Shown: positions 11,795 through 24,015 of the stretch, piece after piece
Numbering within the stretch: the first letter of the stretch is position 1
Layout of the letters: every line of letters starts with the position of its first letter
Assembly (NCBI RefSeq): GCF_006345805.1
Contig: NC_042999.1
Span: 70,556,001 to 70,620,000 of the forward strand
DNA from: Octopus sinensis
Taxonomy: Eukaryota
Direction: 5' to 3'
Length of the DNA stretch: 64,000 bases
The notes under the pieces: generated by a model
What the model was told of the DNA's origin: nothing
Seen by the model: the letters and a program-made list of their open reading frames with translations, nothing else
The model's database searches: none
Made by a program: the position numbers and the translations under genes

Positions 11795-12880
11795 GACATA
11801 GAGAAAGCATTTGACAGGGTCCCCTACTCCCTTATCTGGTGGTCATTGCAGAAACTAGGGATAGTGGAGTGGCTGGTGAAAGCTGTACAAGCTATGCACA
11901 GGGATGCTATCAATGATGGCTGGTAATGAGTATAGTGATGAATTTAGTGTGCAAGTAGTCCATCAAGGACCAGTCCTCAGCCCCCTCTTGTTCTTTATAA
12001 TACTCTAGGCAATGACATAGGAATTTAAGTTGGGTTACCCCTGGGAGCTCCTTTATACTGATGACCTTGTTCTTATATCTGAATCACTACCAGAACTGGA
12101 GAAAAATTTTAAGAATGTAAGCAGGGTTTAGAATCAAAGGGCCTCAAGGTTAATTTAGTGAAAATTAAAGTCTTAGTAAGTAGGAAAGCAGATAAATCAC
12201 AAATCCCTTCAGGTAGGTGGCTGTACTCAATATGTAGAAAAATTATAGGTAGACACTTTATAACATGTACCCAGTGTAAGCTATGGATACATAAGAGCTG
12301 CAGCTATATTAGAGGAAGGTTAACAGGGAAAATAGTCTTTGTGTGTGGCAGATGTACAGGTACAATAAATACTAGAAATATACAGAAAACAGACTTCATT
12401 AAATGCCAGTGTAGATACCTAGAAGTAATTGATAGTTTTCGTTATTTAGGTGATCAAGTCAGAGGTGGATGCTCCGAGAGTATAGCTGTTAGAATAAAAA
12501 TACAGCTGAGCAAAGTTCAGAAAGCTTCTGCCTCTGTTGGTAACAGAGGGCTTTTCCCTCAGAGAGAAAGGCAGATTGAAAGATGCCTGTATGTGAACAG
12601 ACAGCTACATGGCAATGAAACATGGGCTGTGACTACAGCAGACATGTGAAGGCATGAAAGAAATGAATTTAGTATGCTGTGCTGGATGTGCAATGTCAGT
12701 GTGCATGTACAACAGATTGTAAGCATCTTGAGGGGAAAATTAGGCATCAGATGTAGTGTGCAAGAGAGACAACTGTGCTGGTATGGTCATGTGATGCAAA
12801 TGGCTGTGTAAAAATGTGCCATTTTTAAACTGGAAGGGACCTGTGGAAGAGGTAATGAAGCATGATCAAATCTGCAGCAG
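11795..12880 (+). mobile_element. Decayed RTE-clade LINE reverse transcriptase fragment
   Basis: EKAFDRVPYSLIWWSLQKLGIVEWLVKAVQAM, VHQGPVLSPLLF, WELLYTDDLVL, YLEVIDSFRYLGDQ, LHGNETWAVT; frameshifted. Confidence 0.88.
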
Positions 12881-15800
12881 ATGTTTTGATGTGGTTTAGG
12901 TCACGATACTTTATTCTGAGCCCTACAGTTGAACCAATCATCTTGAAACATCAGCTCAATTTAACTTTAGTTTGTTTTAATACCAAGAAATATTTACCTC
13001 CTTTCCCATTCACCAAAAAACTTAACTTTCTGAGTTCCCAAACTATCTATTCTAAATCTTCTTTCATAGTATCTGTGTGAAACTGGCAAAAAAAAAAGAA
13101 GAAAGAAACCACAAAGAAAATATAACAGTTTTTGATTTGACTTCAGTGATGTATAATACTAGTGGCAGCAGCAGTGAAAGTAGAAGGATAGGGAAAATAA
13201 GAACTACAAAAAGCTTGCTACACCATATAATTTTGTTCTTGAAAGCTACTAATTCGAAGCAATTATATAGAATCCATACATAATCATTATTTTTCAGTTC
13301 TCTTATTTTGTTTATATATTGTTTAGAGTGTCATTCTCATTCAAAATTAAATATCATTAGAAAATTATAGTCTCTCAGTTCATATGATCATAAGGTTGAT
13401 TAATTATCACCCATATCATATTGTAATTGAGAAAAAAAAAAAACATATAACAATCCAGGTTCAGTGCATGAAATAATGAAATGTGATATTTAGTTGTACC
13501 AAAGAGCATATATCCTGTCACACAGCCTGCTTCAAAATGTAGCCAAATTTCTCTCAAATCATACCCCACTCACTGTCTTTAAAAAAAATTGATAAATAAA
13601 GTTGTGGTGATCATGACTAGAATGCGTTTGATAATAGATCAGTTTGGTTAGAGTTGACAGGGGCCAAACAGCCAACGAATGACAAGAATACTTTGGATAA
13701 TTTTGTGTTAGATACCCTGAGTAAAAGACAAATGGATATGACTGGGTTGTCTTTCACCATAGGTCTGCTTGATCAAAACTGATCTTGGGCTATACAACAA
13801 TACACTGAATCTTATATTATGTTTGGTAAAAAAAAAATAGATTGCTTTTGATCATAGCTCTTTCCAGTCTAGACTGACATAGTGCTAAACAGCAACAACA
13901 TGAAAGTAACTAGAAGAAGTGGTCTTAATTTAATTACAGACTTAGAAATAGCCTATGTTTTTATGTTACTACTTGTTTTTGGCCTCTCCTTTTCTTTGTT
14001 CAGTCCAATTCAGAAATAAGTACTGGGGTTGATTTGTTCAACTAAATCTTTGAAGATGGTGTCCCAGCATGGCCATAGTCCACTGACTGAGACATGTATG
14101 TATGTATGTTGATTTGCCAGAAGTGATAAATTACATGACTCAGTAGAAGTGTAGAATAGTCTTTAATACATTATAACTGAAAGGCTCTGATTTTCAATAC
14201 TCAGAGAACTGGAAATTGTAGCCTTTCAGTTATGATATATGTAAAGACAGTGTCAGAATTATGCACAATCATATTTAACATATTCGTGTACGCTCAGGTA
14301 TGGAAAAGCTATATGCCACATAAACTCTTCTTATAGACATGGGTGTAAACACACCACTTGAATGATGTCACTGGACTGTAGGATGCATGTGTTTCTATTT
14401 CATTATGCTTCATCAGCTACAAATACCTATTTCTTTACTACCCACAAGGGGCTAAACACAGAGAGGACAAACAAGGACAGACAAACGGATTAAATCGATT
14501 ACATTGACCCCAGTGTGTAACTGGTACTTAATTTATTGACCCCGAAAGGATGAAAGGCAAAGTCGACCTCGGCGGAATTTGAACTCAGAACGTACCCAGC
14601 CATCATTCATGGCCACTTAGAACTGGTCACTCTTATATTAGAAGAACAAATGGTACATTTGCTGACATACTCAAAGATTCGTGAAACTAAAATTAATCAA
14701 TTAGGAGACATATTATGGACCTGAATAAGCAGACTTGTCTGTGATCAAATGAATGCCATCCTTAGCCATCCTGACAGTGTATCTTGGACCACATTATCCA
14801 ATGTAGGATATCTATTTGAGAGAAATTTGGTTGCTGTTTCTAGCAGATTGAGCCATATTATGATAATTACCCCCCTAGGACAATTAGCCCCTATAAGACA
14901 GTTACCCCTGATGTCAACTACCCCTAGAACAATCCCTCCCTGGTTAATTACCCCCCCTCCAATATATTAAGAAGTTTTAAATCATCATCTGTTGTCCTCA
15001 GGGGTTATTGTTCTTGGAAGGATTATTGTCCATGGGGGGGGGGTAGATGCCCGACTCGATTGAGCAATCACTTAAAGGTTCCCTTGTTGATTATATTGTG
15101 TTTTGTTGGTGCAAAATGCTGACTTTGAAGCCTCAAATAGGAAAAGCTTGTGCAATCAAGATTTATTACATCGTCATCATTGGCAATATAAACTCGTGGT
15201 TCTTGAGCTGAGAGATTCATACTTTATCCATTAGATTATTGTCATTATGTAATATTATGATGTAACTTAGTTCTTTAAAGAATCACAATTGCAGTGATCT
15301 ATGGGGTTATTTATGATTAGCTTCAGTTTATTTAGTCGTTGTTTAGTTTTGTATAGATCTATAATCAAAGACATTCCAGCCTGCCTTTTGTACATCTGTG
15401 ACTATATTCTATATGTTTGTGTAGATCAAGCAACCAGCTATAAACTATGTCATTGATTGAAATTTCTGTAGTATTTGGCAGATGAAAAGGAGCTGATAAC
15501 TCCTGAAAAGGAACTGATAACTATTATTCCATACAAGTAGATGAATTGAAACAATGTAGAATAAAATACCCTGTACATTGTAGAATACAATACCCTATTC
15601 AGAAATGTGAAACAAAGCAAAGCACCTTCAGTGGCTCAGACACTTCCATTTCTTACTTTATCAACCTGGTCAATTTGCTTCTGTTTCTAATTGGATCTTG
15701 TTTTCTGTTGTAATTCCATTGCATCTAGAACATATTATAGGATTATAAATCAACCCTAGTACTTGATTATTACACTATTTATTTCACTGACCCTAGTAGC

Positions 15801-16859
15801 ATGGTATGAGCCAATATGGGTCACAGCACAGGAGTCCCCAGTACTTGGAGTGGGTATCCTTTTATTCGGAGAAACTTAAAACTTGGAGTTACAGCAATCA
15901 AATAACGTTTTTGGATTTTCTTTTTTTAATCCAATAAAGTTCTTTTAATATTATTGAGCTCTCTTTTGATTTATTGGGCCCTTTTAGATTTAAAAAGCCA
16001 TTAAATTTAAGTGAGTCCTTCTGAATCTATCAAAGCTTTTTTAAAGTTTTGTGGCCTCTTCAAACTGTTTGAGAGCACTAGATTTAATGTGGCCCTCTTT
16101 ATTATCTTACATTTTGAAATAGTAAAATTGTAAGGGACCCCAAAACCTGTTTGCACAAGGGCCTTACTAGGTTTAAATCCAGCTCCTCCTAGAAGGATAA
16201 AAGGCAAAGTAGATCTTGGTAGGGTTCATAAATATCTGGAAAAAAAAGGAAAAGAAAACCAATAACTTGAGCAGTACTGATGTTTTATTAAACAAACAAC
16301 CACAAGAAAAATATGGGTAAAAGTTCCAATTTCAACAAAAATATAAATTTTTCCCCTTAATGAGCTGGCTTTTCAAATATACTTTTTGTTAAAGTTTTGT
16401 GTAATTCATTGATGAGGCATCATGAATCTAAATTCAATTTAAAGAGTTGAATAAGTGTATGCATTCAGATAATAATTATCTTAATAGAGTAATTCTGTGT
16501 GTTATGTGTAGTTGTGTGCAAAATGATTTTTGTCCTGTGGACTTATCACAATTATGTTGATATTGTTTGAGATAAGACAAGGCGGGTTGTTTTAATTCAA
16601 CAATATGAAAAAAAATTGATAAGTTAAATATCCAAATGTCTAAGATTAGTTGTCATAATATTTTGATTTTCTGGACTATTAACCTTATCTTTACTGTTTA
16701 TATGTACACTATGTTGCCATAGGATTGATCTCTGATTATCATCAAATATCTTATACCTAGATATATGTGTTGTCTTATGCTGAATTTGGATGAAAAATCT
16801 TTGAACCTAAATTAATGGTAGCAACCTATTTATCCATTAGTACAGTGGTAATTACTGTT

Positions 16860-17290
16860 CTGACATCTCCTTAGCCCTTTTCTTTCTTTCCATATTAATT
16901 GGTTGAAGGAGAGGTTTCCTTCTAGCTGCTCATCCATAATACCCAAGCTTATGCAGATATGTAACACCTTCTTGGACTAACTTCTACCTGCTTTGCAGTG
17001 TCAGAAGCCTTTGAATTGGGTTCATTTTCCACAATTCTCTTCAAACAGTAAAGCTTCCTTTCTGAGGGCCCAGGTCAGCTGGGACGAGAATCTGTTGATT
17101 CTTTTCCTTGGCTTTTGAATTGCACTGCAATTCCATTAACAGTAGCAAGAGGAATTTGAAGATTTTTGGCAATTTTTCACTGGCTAAGACCAGCCTCAGA
17201 TTGCCCAAAAATACGACCTCTTTGAAAATCTGACAATTCTGCTGAATTCTTTGTGCATGGCATGGTTACTCTTCGCAAATGTTTAATATA
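16860..17290 (-). mobile_element. Tc1-like transposase N-terminal (HTH) fragment
   Basis: Minus strand reads [33 protein letters not shown]. Confidence 0.55.
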
Positions 17291-17419
17291 ATAGCTCATG
17301 GAATGAAAAAGAATAATTACATTGTAAATTCTACACCGCTGAAAACATATTAAGATGCTTAGATCAGAAATTTTGAAAATTAAAGGTATCTATTTACTTC
17401 CTGCATGTCTGCGTGTGTA

Positions 17420-17465
<46 letters not shown>

Positions 17466-17840
17466 GCAGTAAAAATGAAACTCGAGTAGCAAGACAGTCT
17501 CTGTTTCAGTTTTAATAAAAACCCACATCCTCTATAACATATATTCATTTAACACACACACCACACACACACACATTCATTCAACATCTATTTTCCATGC
17601 TGGCATGGGTTGGATTTTTTGACAGGAGATAGCTAACTGAAGAGCTGCCTGGGCTCCATGTCTGTTTTGGCACAGTTTCTATGGCTGGATGCCCTTCCTA
17701 ATGTCAACCACTTTACAGAGTTTATTGGATGTTTTTACGTGACATCAGCACCCATGAGCCCACAAGGCTTGGAATGCTCAGCTGAAGAGGGATGGAAGTG
17801 ACATGCCTATATGCAAGGACAACCACAATTTTACAGTATA

Positions 17841-17874
<34 letters not shown>

Positions 17875-18165
17875 GTGGAGGCACATGGCCTAGTGGTTAC
17901 AGCAGCGGATTCGCAGTCAAGGGATTGTGAGTTCAAATCTCAGATCGGGTGATGTGTGTGTTTATGAGCAAAACCCCTAAGCTCCACGCAGCTCCAGCAG
18001 AAGATAATGGCGAACCTCTACTGACTCTTTTGCCACAACTTTTTCTCACTCTTTCCTTCTGCATGTTGCAGCTAACCTGCAATGGACTGGTGTCCCGTCC
18101 AGGTGGGGAAACTGAGAAACCGGCCCTAATGAGCCAGGCGTGGCTCAAGAAGGAACAAACAACAA
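17875..18165 (+). mobile_element. tRNA-derived SINE family C (also ~35939-36170 and ~37766-37880)
   Basis: TGGCCTAGTGG A box, GAGTTCAAATC B box, GACTGGTGTCCCGTCCAGG domain, (AAC)n tail. Confidence 0.85.
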
Positions 18166-18414
18166 ATATATATATATAAATAAGCTGCGTGTATATATAT
18201 ATAATATGCTGTATATATTTATATATATAATATATATACATATATACGACTGGCTTCTTTCAGTTTCCGTCTACCAAATCTACTCACAAGGCTTTGGTCG
18301 GCCCGAGGCTATAGTAGAAGGCACTTGCCCAAGGTGCCACGCAGTGGGACTGAACCTAGAACCTTGTGGTTTGTAAGCAAGCTACTTACCACACAGCCAT
18401 GCCAACACCTACAA

Positions 18415-18420
18415 TATATG

Positions 18421-18486
<66 letters not shown>
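18415..18486. repeat. (TA)n microsatellite. Similar (TA)n/(TG)n/(TC)n/(GTAT)n tracts at ~3800-3870, 4760-4832, 5715-5772, 17420-17465, 18848-18903, 19050-19100, 40030-40100, 60481-60540, 63404-63460
   Basis: Direct inspection. Confidence 0.95.
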
Positions 18487-18746
18487 CTAAGCAATAAGGG
18501 TTTAGCAACGAGTTGCCTTACCACATACCGAATTTAGAAATAGCAGTCAAAGGGTTATAGCTATTTCTTCTACTAAAAAGGGAGATCTCAGTAAAAACAG
18601 CATTTTTTAGCATTTGTTCTCAAGAACAATGCTGTTTTTACTGAGATCTCCCTTTTTAGTAGAAGAAATAGCTATAACCCTTTGACTGCTATTTCTAAAT
18701 TCGGTATGTGGTAAGGCAACTCGTTGCTAACCCTTATTGCTTAGTA
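18485..18746. repeat. Near-perfect fold-back (~120 bp arms), probable TA-target MITE
   Basis: TACTAAGCAATAAGGG...AACAGCATT is the reverse complement of AATGCTGTT...CCCTTATTGCTTAGTA with one indel; it sits at the end of a (TA)n tract. Confidence 0.9.
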
Positions 18747-18843
18747 TTACTTAAATTTTCCTCGAATGAGGCTTTTACATGCCGAAGACTACTTGGTGTA
18801 ATTGATAATTTTTCCAAATTAATTAATTTCACCCTTCATTATT

Positions 18844-18903
<60 letters not shown>

Positions 18904-19049
18904 TGTTGTGTCTGGGGAGAGTCATTCTCTTTTAGTGCTTTATAATTTAACACACTCACCTGTAAAATTTCCACTCATTTACTTATTTATTTTTCTGACA
19001 TTTTCGTTACATCTTGCAATCTTTTCAATAGTTGTTGACTCCCAAAAAC

Positions 19050-19104
<55 letters not shown>

Positions 19105-20269
19105 ATATCGTTATCATCATTTAATGTCTGCTTGCATGAATCAAATGGGATTTGTTGAGGCAAATTTTCTATAACCAAATGTGCTTCCTGTTGCCAAACC
19201 TCACCTGTTTATATAAATTTTTTATACATCCCATGTTGAACAGATGGGCAGGCTTCCTCCTGCACTGCCTGTCACCATTTGTTACAAACCTTTGCCATCT
19301 CCTTTGTGGGTTCAGCATCTTCAGAATTTTATTCATCCCTTTGTCCCTTTTTTTCCTAGGTCGTTTGCTTTGGAAGTACTTGGCACTTCTTTTATGAAAG
19401 TTGTCATCTACCATACTTCATTACATAGCTGCATCAGCCTATAATCTGGCATGCTCCATCTGATTTCTCTTCTATTAGTTATTGATTGAATGAATATGTT
19501 TGGATAATTTTAGTTTTGATGAGAGATGAGGTTACTGTTGGGATTTTGCCAGACTATTTGATAGGTAACCATGACCAGGTGGTTAAAGTGATCATATGAT
19601 TGTGTTGTTGTTTAGCTCCAGGCTAGCCATAACTGAGCAGGTCTATGATCAAAGTGTTCCAGCCATGACCATCACATCTTTTTTTAATGTAGTAGAGTGT
19701 ATTTGAAGAGAAATTTGACTGGTATTTCTAATAGGTTAAGTGATTGTGTAAAGGCTCCATCACTGGCTTCTATGAGTGTGTGTGCATGTGCATGCACATG
19801 CATGTGTTCATACATGTGTGTGTGTGTATAATGTACAAGAGAGAATGTGTTTATATGCTCCATATACTACTGCAATAAATAATCAATTACTTTACTTTCT
19901 ATGATCAAAGGTGTATATATCAATGTTTGATCAACCCTATTGATTTCAGAGAATGAGAGAGGGCAATGATATTTCTGATGACCATGCCATTCTCAAGAAC
20001 ATTAGCAAGCAAGATAGTAGTGTCTGAGATTTGAATCTGAGACCTTGCCACCTATGATACAGGATTCGCCTATGTGTGTGTAGGTACAAGGGTTTGTATG
20101 TGTACAATTACATAGACACTAATTCTGTTTATAGGTCATAACGTGGATTTTTATCTTTCATCTGTACAAACTGTGATAGTTGTGATTTACATATTGCACA
20201 CTTCAGTCATAGCAAAAGCTGTTTTTAATATCATATCCATCAGAATAATTCTATAGTCCAATCGAAATT

Positions 20270-20718
20270 GAACCAAATTCAATGACTGGCACACATGCCA
20301 GTGGAGCACTAACAGCTCCATCCAAGTGGGATCACTGCCAGAGCAGCTGTCTGGCACGTAAAGAGCACCATTTGAGCGTGATCGTTGTCAGCGTCGCCTC
20401 ACTGGCACATGAACAAAACATTTGAGCAAGGTCGTTGCCAGTGCTGCTGGTCTGACTCCTGTGCAGGTGGCACGTAAAAAACACCATTTGAGCGTAGGCA
20501 GTACCGCCAGACTGGCCCTCGTGCCGGTGGCACTTTAAAAGCACCCACTACACTTACAGAGTGGTTGGCGTTAGGAAGGGCATCCAGCTGTAGAAACTCT
20601 GCCAGATCAGATTGGAGCCTGGCACAGCCATCTGGTTCGTCAGTCCTCAGTCAAATCGTCCAACCCATGCTAGCATGGAAAGCGGATGTTAAACGATGAT
20701 GATGATGATGATGATGAA
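20270..20718 (+). mobile_element. 5'-truncated RTE 3'UTR copy. Same family (approximate) at 770-950, 10490-10690, 11100-11345, 28230-28460, 39480-39655, 52040-52190, 59200-59420 (+) and 11540-11660, 17575-17760, 30965-31150, 43525-43690, 46020-46180, 49350-49780, 51170-51470 (-)
   Basis: Shared core GTGGTTGGCGTTAGGAAGGGCATCCAGCTGTAGAAA...CCCATGCTAGCATGGAAA ending in (GAT)n, matching the tail of the RTE at 22370. Confidence 0.85.
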
Positions 20719-21406
20719 CAAGCATAATTTCAAGTTCATTATCATTTCATGGGTTGAGGGTTCAATATTAATGTACGGTACCTTGTGTAAATGTTTCTTA
20801 CCAAGGTCTTAGGTCAACCAGAGCCTTGTAGTTGAAATTTGCTAAGGAGAAGTGAGGGTGGAGTGGCATTCTTGTATAGTAAAGTTAATCTGTCATCCAG
20901 TTTCACACTACCACCTGCCCTTGGGTGTCTTTAAAACATTCAGTCAGACCCCTATTCAACTTTTTCCCTTCATCCCATCAGTTTCAGAGGTCTTGTAGAG
21001 TATCGTGTGTACTGCACTTCCACTCTTAACTAAATCATTAAAGAAAATGTATCTTATAGTATAGATCACATATTCAGCTATTTCCTTAACACTAAATATA
21101 TTTAATAATTCAAAAAGGCCATTTACAATGTAAACTATAAATAAGTTAGTGTTAACATATTTAACGTATGGAGCATTAAAAAGCTAACCAGAAATGAATG
21201 TGGTGAGAAAAAAATACGAGCTAATAACTTTACTGATGATGAAATCAATATAGAACAAACAGACTTTTCTGGATTTGTCAGAAAAATGAAAATTATATTA
21301 GTCATTGACTAATATCATTATTTTTTCTCACAGTATTTGTTTGTAGTTAACCCATTCTTTAACATTAACTACCTTCATACATACGTACGTACATACATAC
21401 ATACAT

Positions 21407-22050
21407 ACAGTAGAAGTTATAGCCACTCATAATGAAAAGGAGTACTGGTGGGATATTCCAGTGAAGACCTCAAAAAAATGTAATCACACCAGACCTGATA
21501 TAATGATTTGGGATTAGGAAGAAAAACTGTACGCAGCTGTGGAAATTAGCTGCCTAGTGGATGTTAACATAAAGCTGAAGATCAGTAAAAAAAGGAGAAT
21601 ACTTACACAGAACTATTAAGAAATCTGCAGTTACTCTATCCAGATTACAAGTTCAGGTTTATACTTGTAATTATTGGAGCCCTGGGATATGTAACACACT
21701 GCCTAAATACCAATCTTGAGAATTTAGGCTTCTCAAAACCAGAAAGGAGAAAGCTAATTCAAAGATTACAGATCCAATCCATCACTGGAACTGTGAAAAT
21801 CTGTAAAACTTTCCAGAAGTTTATCTTTTAAATATATATATGAGCATGTCTAGATATATACATAAAGCAAAACAGAAATCTGCACACATACATACATACA
21901 TGCATGCATGCACCCATGCATATATACATACATACTCAGCCACCCTGTTATTGATGTTGAAATTCAAATGAAGGAGCCTTGAAACTAGGTTAGAAACTGG
22001 CTCTTTCTCTATTGGCAAGAAATCTTGAAATAAAACTGAACAAACATACT
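21407..22050 (+). mobile_element. RLE-type (R4/Dong/NeSL-like) LINE 3' fragment
   Basis: YWWDIPVKT..NHTRPDIMIWD..AVEISC..NTYTELL..VIIGALG..QSITGTVKICKTF (PD-xEx restriction-like endonuclease pattern), followed by a 3'UTR with AATAAA. Confidence 0.75.
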
Positions 22051-22369
22051 TAGACATATTGATATATAGTTAGATTTTTTGATGCTCCATGGTTTTATAT
22101 GTTAATTTTAGCTAAGCTCTCCCTCCCTCTCTCTCTCTCTCTCTCTCTCAAATGTGTGTGTGTGTGTGTACATGTGTGTGTTTGTACAGCCATATATATT
22201 TGTTTGTTTAATCTCCACTTTTCCATGCTTCTATGGGTCAGATGGAATTTGTTGAGGCAAATTTTCTATAGCTGATTACCTTTCCTATCACCAACTCTTG
22301 CTTGTTTCCAAGCAAGGTGATATTTCTCATGGCTAGTCAAGTTTTCTCACTGAAGACTGGAAATGAGCA

Positions 22370-23535
22370 GCTTCTACCCCTACTGGCAATAAAGGGCCTC
22401 TCACTCAGAGTGAAAGGTAGATTGTGCAATGCATGTATGCAAACTGCCATGCTTCACGGCAGTGAAAGATGGACCAAGACTGTGGTGGACATGCGTGGGC
22501 TCGAAAGAAATGAAGCTAACATGATCCGCAGGATGTGTAATGTCAGTGTCCATGCACAATAGAGTGTAAACGCCTTGAGAGAAATGTTGGACATAAGAAG
22601 CATTGGATGTGGCGTGCAGGAGAGACGCTTGCGTTGGTATGGTCGTGTACTACGGATGGATGAAGTGAGATGTGTGAAGAAGTGCTACTCCCAAACTATT
22701 GAAGGAATCCGGGGTAGAGGTAGACCCAGGAAGACATGGGATGAGGTGGTCAAGCATGACCTTCGAATGTTGGGCCTTACAGAGGCTATGATAAAAGACC
22801 AAGACCTCTGGAGATATGCTGTGACTGCGAAGACCCAACAAATGAAGTGAGTTGATGGCTCGCAGGATGGCCTACTGTGCTAACCTTGGATTGTAGGGTG
22901 CCCTGCTGTGCTTGAGGAGACCTATTGAGTCAAGTACATCAACATCAAACTAAAAATCAAATGGATATTGTAGTTGTGATACCCGTGCTGGTGACATGTT
23001 GGGCCCCATGGAGGCAATGACGAAAGACCGAGACCTCTGGAGATATGCTGTGACTGTGAAGACCCGACAAATGAAGTGAGTTCGTGGCTCGCAGGACGGT
23101 CTGCTGTGCTAACATTGGATCGTAGGGTGGCCTGCTGTGCTTGAGGAGACCTACTGAGTCAAGTACGTCAACATCAACATCAAAATAAAAATCAAATGGA
23201 AATTGTAGTTATGATACCCGTGCCGGTGACATGTAAAAAGCACCATCTGAATGTGGCTGATGCCAGCGCCGCCTGACTGGTGTCCGTGTTGGTGACACGT
23301 AAAAAGCACCAACCGATCGTGGCCATTTGCCAGCCTCCTCTGGCCCCTGTGCCGGTGACACGTAAAAAGCACCCACTACACTCACGGATTGGTTGGCGTT
23401 AGGAAGGGCAACAAGCTGTAGAAACACTGCCAGATCAGACTGGAGCCTGGCGCAGCCTCGTGGCTTTGCAGACCCTGGTCAAACCGTCCAACCCATGCTA
23501 GCATGGAAAAAGGACGTTAAACGATGATTATGAGG
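22370..23535 (+). mobile_element. RTE-clade LINE 3' end with 3'UTR and (GAT)n-like tail
   Basis: KGLSLRVKGRLCNACMQTAMLHGSE, RRLRWYGRVLRM, GRGRPRKTWDEVVKHDLR. The 3'UTR has GTGCCGGTGGCACGTAAAAAGCACC-type units and ends CATGCTAGCATGGAAAAAGGACGTTAAACGATGAT. Confidence 0.9.
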
Positions 23536-23805
23536 ATGAGGAGGATATCCAGCCGAAATTGCAAAGATAATCTGAAACACAACTGAGGAAAGAAAACTCC
23601 GAATGACTTGTCCTTGTTTTTTCTTGTACCTTTTTTTATCATCTGTCTGAATGTTTTGCATTTTTGTCATATTTTTTGTATTCCTTTATATATATATATA
23701 TATATATATTATATAAGAAAAATATATTAAACCACATTTTACCATTTAAATTTCCAATTACTGTTAACCTTATAGCAAGGCCCTAACTCATAATTTTATA
23801 TACAC

Positions 23806-24015
23806 ACGAAGTGGTGCTGAAAAGCTCCTGCCTTTGAAGTTATCATGAAAGGCTTGGTTGGAGGCCCAACCATCTGAGTTCTTTTACAGTGCTTAGAAAA
23901 ACTGAAGGGCCACTGCAATACATGTGTGAATCTAAGAGGGGAATATTTTGGATAAAATCATAATTAACTGATCCTCCTGTTGTTTCTTTTACTCAAAGCC
24001 AGGAACTTTTAAGCT
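23806..24015. mobile_element. Short mariner-type non-autonomous element
   Basis: Decayed TIRs GCTGAAAAGCTCCTGCCTTTGA / TCAAAGCCAGGAACTTTTAAGC. Confidence 0.45.

Noticed and set aside
14860-15055. Cluster of AATTACCCC-like motifs with inverted GGGGTTATTG copies
   Set aside because: Probably subterminal repeats of a decayed DNA transposon, but no ends or TSD could be defined.
17875-17950. tRNA-like sequences with A and B boxes (also ~39090 and ~60640)
   Set aside because: SINE heads: no complete cloverleaf, and they continue into SINE bodies.
20290-20550. Repeat-spacer pattern resembling a CRISPR array
   Set aside because: It is the RTE 3'UTR tandem unit. The spacers are homologous to each other, there are no cas genes, and the context is eukaryotic.
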